From: an uncultured Gammaproteobacteria bacterium
Lineage (GTDB): Bacteria > Pseudomonadota > Gammaproteobacteria > Steroidobacterales > Rariloculaceae
Length of the DNA: 59,759 nt
Direction: 5' to 3'
Assembly (NCBI GenBank): GCA_964457725.1
Contig: CAYWGQ010000003.1
Location: 21,489 to 81,247, forward strand
Below are positions 54,146-59,759 of this stretch, piece after piece. Position 1 is the stretch's first letter, and every line of letters starts with the position of its first letter. Position numbers and translations under genes: made by a program. A model generated the notes under the pieces. It saw nothing but the letters and a program-made list of their open reading frames with translations. It did not search any database and was not told the DNA's origin.

Positions 54146-54161
54146 GCGAGCGCATGCTCGC
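54146..54161. promoter_or_regulatory. palindrome upstream of the TetR gene (candidate operator)
   Basis: GCGAGC-GCAT-GCTCGC, flanked by a direct repeat of GCAGCCGG. Lies 45 nt upstream of the tetR ATG, in the divergent region shared with the pchF-like gene. Confidence 0.3.
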
Positions 54162-54205
54162 AGCCGGTTACGTGCGTCTGCGCACTTCTTGTATGATGCT
54201 GCGGC

Positions 54206-54769
54206 ATGGGACGCCGTCGCCAAGTATCTGATCTGCAAATAACCGCCGCTGCCCGCGAGGTTTTCCTCGATCGAGGGCCGAACGCGCCGGTCGCGCTGAT
54301 CGCGAAAAAGCTCGGCGTCTCGACCGCGACGCTCTTTCAGCGCGCCGGCAGCAAGCAGCAGCTGATCCTGATGGCGCTCTCGCAGCCGGACGCTTCTCCG
54401 ACGGTGGAGCTCGAGCGCGGCTTGCCGCCGGGCGTCGAGCCGCGCGAGCAGCTCGCGCGCATCCTGCTCCAGCTGAACGACTACCTCGGCGGGCTGATCT
54501 CGAGTTCGCTCACGCTGCGGGAAGCGCGAATCGAGGCCGACATGCCCGAGCCGCGACCGTCCACCGTGCGGCGTCTGCTCGCCGAGTGGCTCGACGCGGC
54601 CGCGAGCGCCGGGGCGCTCCGCGTGCGCGATCCGAAAATGACCGCCGACGTCTTGATCGGCACGCTCGAATCGCGCCACATCCACGCCTACATGCAACAG
54701 GTGCACTACACGACGCGCCAGCACCGCGACTACATTCGAACGATGATCGACGTCGTCCTCGCGCCCTAG
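54206..54769 (+). CDS. TetR/AcrR-family transcriptional regulator
   Basis: N-terminal HTH VALIAKKLGVSTATLFQRAGSKQQL. Confidence 0.85.
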   Translation: MGRRRQVSDLQITAAAREVFLDRGPNAPVALIAKKLGVSTATLFQRAGSKQQLILMALSQPDASPTVELERGLPPGVEPREQLARILLQLNDYLGGLISSSLTLREARIEADMPEPRPSTVRRLLAEWLDAAASAGALRVRDPKMTADVLIGTLESRHIHAYMQQVHYTTRQHRDYIRTMIDVVLAP

Positions 54770-54874
54770 CCCCCCGAACGCGGCGAACGCCGCGCCGTCC
54801 TGCGCTGTTCCTCGAGCGCCGCCGCGTGCCATGATTGCGGCCCATTTTTTCCCCGCACTCGACAGGAGGCACGC

Positions 54875-55276
54875 ATGACGGAGCGCCGCAACGAAACGAT
54901 GGAGCAGCTGTACGATCGAGGTCTCGCGGTGCGCCGCGAGGTGCTCGGCCCGGAGTACGTCGACCGATCGATCCAGAGCGCCAACGACTTCATGAAGGCC
55001 TTCCAGCACATCACGACCGAGTGGTGCTGGGGCTACGCTTGGACGCGCCCGGGCCTCGACCGCAAGACTAGAAGCCTGATCAACCTCGCGATGCTGACGG
55101 CGCTCAATCGGGCGCCCGAGATCAAGCTGCACGTCCGCGGCGCCATCAACAACGGCGTGACGGTCGACGAGATCAAGGAAGTGCTGCTGCACGCGACCGT
55201 CTACTGCGGCATTCCGGCTGGCCTCGACGCGTTCAAGGCCGCGAACGAGGTCTTGAAGGAACTCGGCGCCGTCTAG
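54875..55276 (+). CDS. carboxymuconolactone decarboxylase-family protein (PcaC-like)
   Basis: 133 aa with TRSLINLAMLTALNR...EVLLHATVYCGIPA. AGGAGG SD. Confidence 0.85.
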   Translation: MTERRNETMEQLYDRGLAVRREVLGPEYVDRSIQSANDFMKAFQHITTEWCWGYAWTRPGLDRKTRSLINLAMLTALNRAPEIKLHVRGAINNGVTVDEIKEVLLHATVYCGIPAGLDAFKAANEVLKELGAV

Positions 55277-55369
55277 CGCCGCCCGAGGTGCCGGTCATGC
55301 GGCTCTACGCGAGCGACGGGCCCGCGCAGCGTCGATGCGGCCGGCACCTCGACCGGCACGCGCCCACGC

Positions 55370-55942
55370 TCACGCTTGCAGCACGCCGCTCCGCTTCGCC
55401 GCGTGCGTCGCAAGCGCGTCCATCAGCGGCGGCGACAGGCAGTCGTACGGCTCGAGCCCGAGCCCTTTCAGCCGCTCTCGGACCGCCCCCATCTCCCGTG
55501 GGTCCGCTCCGGACTCGATGATCGACGAAACGAACGCCGCGAACTCCGGCGCGGCGTAACCCGGCTGCTCGAACAGCTCCGGATGCACGAAGTCGAGACC
55601 GTAGAACGCGTGCGCGCCGTCGTCGATCCGGCCGTACATGTGGACGCCGCAGCCTCGACAGGCGTATCGCTTGATCACCGCCTTGTCGTCCACGACACGG
55701 AGCTTGCCCTCGTTCGCGGTCACGCGCACTTGGTCGCGCGGCACGACCGCCACCATCGAAAAGAGAGCGCCCGACGGTTTCCAGCACTTGGTGCAGCCGC
55801 AGACGTGATTGTGCGCGACCTGGCTGCCGACCGAGACCTTCACCTTGTCGCTCGCGCAGAGGCACGCGAGCGTGCCGCCCCCGAAGCCGCCCGATGCCGG
55901 CTTCACGCCGTCGTCGACGGCGGGATGAATGCTTCGCGCCAT
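55370..55942 (-). CDS. gfa: S-(hydroxymethyl)glutathione synthase (glutathione-dependent formaldehyde-activating enzyme)
   Basis: 190 aa from the ATG at 55942. Cys clusters [17 protein letters not shown] and [20 protein letters not shown]. Confidence 0.88.
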   Translation of the reverse strand: MARSIHPAVDDGVKPASGGFGGGTLACLCASDKVKVSVGSQVAHNHVCGCTKCWKPSGALFSMVAVVPRDQVRVTANEGKLRVVDDKAVIKRYACRGCGVHMYGRIDDGAHAFYGLDFVHPELFEQPGYAAPEFAAFVSSIIESGADPREMGAVRERLKGLGLEPYDCLSPPLMDALATHAAKRSGVLQA

Positions 55943-56175
55943 TGTCGATTCTCCCCCGAGTGACGCTGCGCGCGGCCGCGAGTAGCCGAGAGCCGAGAGA
56001 ATGCTGCGTCGAGGGCTTCGGCCGCCCCGCAGCAAGGTTTGTGCCCCCGTTCGAGTATAGGAGTGCGTCCGGAGGCTGCGCAACCGCGCCTCCGGTCGAC
56101 CGGCCAGCGCTCTCGCCGTCGTCGCTCCTGCGGCCGTGCTAGGATCGATGGAGGCGTCTGCCGGAGGACGGGGCT

Positions 56176-56544
56176 ATGAGAGCTGCGATTCTGGCCGTGG
56201 TGCTCGTCGGTGCAGGTGGCTGCGCCGGCCCGGAACGGTTCGCCGACGCGGATGCCGGCGCGTCGTTCGCCGGCGATGCGTCGCCGCCGAGCGTCGCCGG
56301 CGCACTCCAAGTCGAGATCGAATCGTTCGAGGACGAGCCGAGCTGCACGTGGCGCGCGCCGACCGGATCGCGCATCGCCGTCAAGCATTGCGAGCCCCGC
56401 AACGAAGCGGAGCAAGCAGCGCAGGCGGCACTCCAGCACCAGAGCCAGCAGGATTTCGACGAGTTGCGGCGCCGGCAGCTCTACTACGAGCAGGCGCGCC
56501 AGCACGCGTTGCGCGAAGCGATCATCCGCCGGCGCGGCATGTAG
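56176..56544 (+). CDS. probable lipoprotein / secreted hypothetical protein
   Basis: N-terminal MRAAILAVVLVGAGGC signal or lipobox-like segment. Q/R-rich helical C-terminus. Confidence 0.55.
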   Translation: MRAAILAVVLVGAGGCAGPERFADADAGASFAGDASPPSVAGALQVEIESFEDEPSCTWRAPTGSRIAVKHCEPRNEAEQAAQAALQHQSQQDFDELRRRQLYYEQARQHALREAIIRRRGM

Positions 56545-56785
56545 CGATTCACGCCGGCCGGCACCCTCCCCGCAGCCCCCGCCACGGGACGGCTCGCGCC
56601 GCTGATCCGCCGCGTCGCGCCGCGCGTCGACGTCCAGCCGCGCGCCGGCATATCGACGCACGTTCGAGAAAGTTGCGTCCGACGACACGTCTCATACAGC
56701 TGACGTATATTAGCCTGCAACGGGGGATTCTCGGGGCGCGCGTCGGCGCGCGCGCCTCCGCCAACCTTCCTCGAGGAGAGACGAC

Positions 56786-57658
56786 ATGCCTCTGGTAAAC
56801 CTGAAACCCGTTCTCGCGGAAGCCAAGGCGAACGGCTATGCGGTCGCAGCCTTCAATCCCGTCGACTACGCGTCGATGAAAGCGATGGTCAAGGCCGCGG
56901 AGGAGCTGAACGCACCCGTCATCATTCAGACGTCCGCGAAAACGATCAATTACTACGGGCACGCCGCGCTCGTCGGGTGGATGCGCGAGATCGCGGGAAG
57001 CTCCCCCGTGCCGGTCGTCCTGCACCTCGACCACGGCAAGGATCTCGAGATGATCGAGAGGTGCGTCGACATGGGCTGGACGTCGGTCATGATCGACTGG
57101 TCCGACAAGCCGTTCGAGACGAACCTCGAAGCCTCGCGGAGGGTCGTCGAGATGGCGTCCGCAAAGAACGTCGGCGTCGAGGCGGAGATCGGTCAGATCC
57201 ACGGGGTCGAGGACGACATGGTCGTCACCGAGAGCTACCTGACGGATCCGGACGAAGCGGAGGCGTTTTGCCGCGAGCTCGACCTCGCCGCGTTCGCGGC
57301 CGCGATCGGCACCGCGCACGGCTACTACAAGGGCGAGCCGAACGTTCGGTTCGATCTGATCGAGGAGATCAACAAGCGCACCGGCACGCCGATGGCACTG
57401 CACGGCGGCACGGGCCTCTCGGACGAAGTGATCCAGCGCTGCATCGAGCTCGGCTGCGCGAAGATCAACATCTCGACGAACCTGAAGCACGTCTTCATCG
57501 ACAGCTTCGTCGACTACCATCGCGAGAAGCCGAACGACTACGAGCCGCTGCGAGTGCTCGCGGCGCAGTACGAGGCCCTGAAGAAGCTCTTCAAGGAGAA
57601 GATCGCGCAGTTCGGCGGCGAAGGTCGCGGCAGCGAGCTCTTGTCGAAGGTCGCTTGA
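56786..57658 (+). CDS. class II ketose-bisphosphate aldolase family protein
   Basis: LHLDHG, IGTAHG and ALHGGTG motifs. GAGGAGAG SD. Confidence 0.88.
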   Translation: MPLVNLKPVLAEAKANGYAVAAFNPVDYASMKAMVKAAEELNAPVIIQTSAKTINYYGHAALVGWMREIAGSSPVPVVLHLDHGKDLEMIERCVDMGWTSVMIDWSDKPFETNLEASRRVVEMASAKNVGVEAEIGQIHGVEDDMVVTESYLTDPDEAEAFCRELDLAAFAAAIGTAHGYYKGEPNVRFDLIEEINKRTGTPMALHGGTGLSDEVIQRCIELGCAKINISTNLKHVFIDSFVDYHREKPNDYEPLRVLAAQYEALKKLFKEKIAQFGGEGRGSELLSKVA

Positions 57659-57671
57659 GAGCCGACCGAAG

Positions 57672-58388
57672 ATGAAGGCGCTGATCTTCGACTGCGACGG
57701 CGTCCTCGTCGATACCGAGCGGGACGGGCACCGGGTGGCGTTCAACCGCGCCTTCGCCGATTTCGGTCTCGAGGTCGAGTGGGACGTCGAGCTCTACGGC
57801 GAGCTGCTGAAGGTGGCCGGCGGCAAGGAGCGGATGCGCGCCTACTTCGATGCCGCCGGGTGGCCGGACGGCGCCGATCCGCAAGACCTGATCCCGCGGC
57901 TCCACGAGCGGAAAACCGCGATTTTCACGGACCTCGTCGCGACCGGACGGCTGCCGCTTCGCAGCGGCGTCGCTCGTCTCGTCGACGAGGCCGCGGCGGC
58001 GGGAATCAGGCTCGCGGTCTGCACGACCTCGGCGCCGCAGTCGGTGTCGGGCGTGCTCGATCTGCTCGGCGGGGCGCGCAAGGCCCGCTTCGAGCTCGTG
58101 CTCGCCGGCGACGTGGTCGAGAAGAAGAAGCCCGACCCCGAGATCTACCTGCTCGCGCAGGAGCGGCTCGGTCTTCCCGCTCGCGACTGCATGGTCATCG
58201 AAGACAGCCGCAACGGCTTGCTCGCCGCCCTCGGCGCCGGCATGCCGTGCCTGATCACGACCAGCGCGTATACCAAGAACGAGGACTTCACCGGCGCGGC
58301 AGAGGTCGTCGCCGAGCTCGGCGACCCACCCGGCCCGCACGTCACCCTCGGGGATCTCACGGCGCTCGCGGCGCGGCACGCGCCGTGA
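57672..58388 (+). CDS. HAD-superfamily phosphatase, CbbY-like
   Basis: FDCDGVLVDTE motif I, CTTS motif II, and KKKPDPEIY...IEDS. Confidence 0.85.
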   Translation: MKALIFDCDGVLVDTERDGHRVAFNRAFADFGLEVEWDVELYGELLKVAGGKERMRAYFDAAGWPDGADPQDLIPRLHERKTAIFTDLVATGRLPLRSGVARLVDEAAAAGIRLAVCTTSAPQSVSGVLDLLGGARKARFELVLAGDVVEKKKPDPEIYLLAQERLGLPARDCMVIEDSRNGLLAALGAGMPCLITTSAYTKNEDFTGAAEVVAELGDPPGPHVTLGDLTALAARHAP

Positions 58389-58419
58389 GCGCAACTTGGA
58401 CGTGAACGAGAGAACGACG

Positions 58420-59082
58420 ATGAAAGAGATCACCTTGAACGACGTCGAGCGTGCGATCAAAACCGTCGCGGAGACGGCGCTCCGCAACGAGAAGTACTTC
58501 TCCGAGCTCGACGCCGCCGCAGGCGACGCCGACTTCGGCGTCTCGCTCGCTTCGGGTTTTCGCGTGGTGCAGAGCGACTGGGAGCAGCTCGACCGAAGCT
58601 CGATCGGCAATTTTCTGCTGAAGATCAGCATGATCATTACCCGCAATGTCGGCGGCTGCTCCGGGCCGATCTGGGGCACCGGCTTCATGCGGGCGGCGGC
58701 GCTGACCCGCGACAAGGCCTCGATCACGCTCGCCGATCTCGAGCGGATGCTGACCGCCGCGATCGAAGGCATCCAAGCGCGGGGCGGCGCGGCGGCCGGC
58801 GACAAGACGTTGCTCGACGCGCTGATCCCGGTTCGCGACGTGGTCAAGGAGTACGCCGCACGGCCGGACGCGGACCCGGGCGAGGTGCTGCGAGAGGCGA
58901 CGCGCGTCGCGACGGCGGCAATCGAGGCGACCAAGGACTGGGTCGCGAAGCGCGGCCGGCAGGCCTTCACCGGCGAGCGCAGCAAAGGCACGTACGACCC
59001 CGGCATCGTCGCGGTCGCGACGATGCTGAACGACGTCTGCACTCAATTCGGCGTCGCGCGCGCCGACGACGCGGCCCATTGA
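58420..59082 (+). CDS. dhaL: dihydroxyacetone kinase subunit L (Dak2 domain)
   Basis: LDAAAGDADFG and GGCSGPIWG motifs. I chose the ATG at 58420; the track start at 58396 is a TTG. Confidence 0.85.
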   Translation: MKEITLNDVERAIKTVAETALRNEKYFSELDAAAGDADFGVSLASGFRVVQSDWEQLDRSSIGNFLLKISMIITRNVGGCSGPIWGTGFMRAAALTRDKASITLADLERMLTAAIEGIQARGGAAAGDKTLLDALIPVRDVVKEYAARPDADPGEVLREATRVATAAIEATKDWVAKRGRQAFTGERSKGTYDPGIVAVATMLNDVCTQFGVARADDAAH

Positions 59083-59110
59083 ACGACACAACCGACGCGG
59101 GGGAGAAATC

Positions 59111-59759
59111 ATGAAGAAGTTCGTCAACGATCCTGCCGAGTTCGTGCCCGAGATGCTCGAGGGCGTCTATCTCGCGAACCCGCAGATGCTGCGCTACGTG
59201 CCGGAGTTCAATATCATTCACCGCGCGGACCGGCCGGCGAGCGACAAGGTGTCGATCATCCAGGGCTCCGGCAGCGGCCACGAGCCCGCCCACGTGATGG
59301 CGGTCGGTCCCGGCATGCTGGACGCTGCCTCTCCGGGCAACGTGTTCTCGGCCCCGCCGATGGAGTACTGCTACGAGTGCATCAAGCTGATGAACTCGCC
59401 GAAAGGCGTGCTCGCGCTGGTCAACAACTACCAGGGCGACCGGATGAACTGGGACATGGCGGTCGAGCTCGCGCAAGCCGACGGCATCGACGTACGGACG
59501 TTCGTGGTCGACGACGACGTCGCCGTCCAGGACTCGACCCACACGGTCGGCCGGCGCGGGGTCGCCGGCAACTTCTTCGTGATCAAGGCCTGCGGGGCGG
59601 CGGCAGAGCGCGGTGCGAGCCTGGACGAGCTGCTCGCGCTCGCGGCGAAGGTGAACGGTCAGGTGCGGACGATGGGCATCGCGCTCAGCTCGTGCACGCC
59701 GCCCGCGAAGGGCACGCCGATCTTCGAGATCGGCGACGACGAGATCGAGGTCGGCGTCG
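59111..59759 (+). CDS. dhaK: dihydroxyacetone kinase subunit K (Dak1 domain), 3' partial
   Basis: My own translation from the ATG at 59111 (GGGAGA SD): MKKFVNDPAEFVPEMLEG...IIQGSGSGHEPAH...VNNYQGDRMNW. The frame stays open to the window end and is absent from the ORF track. Confidence 0.85.
   Translation, partial: MKKFVNDPAEFVPEMLEGVYLANPQMLRYVPEFNIIHRADRPASDKVSIIQGSGSGHEPAHVMAVGPGMLDAASPGNVFSAPPMEYCYECIKLMNSPKGVLALVNNYQGDRMNWDMAVELAQADGIDVRTFVVDDDVAVQDSTHTVGRRGVAGNFFVIKACGAAAERGASLDELLALAAKVNGQVRTMGIALSSCTPPAKGTPIFEIGDDEIEVGV

Noticed and set aside
1-59759. Mobile elements, CRISPR arrays, tRNA or rRNA genes
   Set aside because: No transposase, integrase or recombinase-like ORF. No regularly spaced direct repeats. 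No T-loop-like GGTTCGAATCC or rRNA-like low-GC blocks noticed.

Overview
Very GC-rich window, roughly two-thirds or more G+C by eye, tightly packed with about 62 protein-coding genes on both strands. I found no rRNA, tRNA, CRISPR array, transposase or integrase. It reads as core chromosome of a proteobacterium (my guess is a Nevskiales/Xanthomonadales-like gammaproteobacterium, based on the GlyGly-CTERM protein, TonB receptor style and a REP-like repeat; this is inference only). Most long ORFs in the six-frame track are alternative-frame or antisense artefacts of the GC content. I kept only frames with recognisable families, sensible starts or Shine-Dalgarno sites. Four themes stand out. (1) A stress, stationary-phase and low-oxygen gene set: cbpA-cbpM, Hsp20, three tandem-USP proteins, class II (B12) ribonucleotide reductase, elaB/yqjE, BON and CBS proteins, a Pat-type acetyltransferase, two ZIP transporters, a hybrid sensor kinase, and a soluble heme-PAS FixL with FixJ. 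(2) An unusual concentration of NAD genes: a prs paralog divergent from pncB, a PncA-like amidase, and nrtR-nadA-nadB. (3) A tri-domain acyl-activating / carrier / acyltransferase fusion overlapping trxC. (4) Redox and aromatic or C1 genes (iorAB, a pchF/pchC-like flavocytochrome, gfa) and a cluster of aldolase, CbbY, dhaL and dhaK. The ideas most worth following up are the resemblance of the gene content to the mycobacterial DosR dormancy regulon with FixLJ as the candidate sensor, the prs/pncB divergent pair with a palindrome over its promoter, the nested 47-bp dyad abutting the nadA start, and the fusion enzyme. All family calls come from reading motifs by eye; no searches were run.
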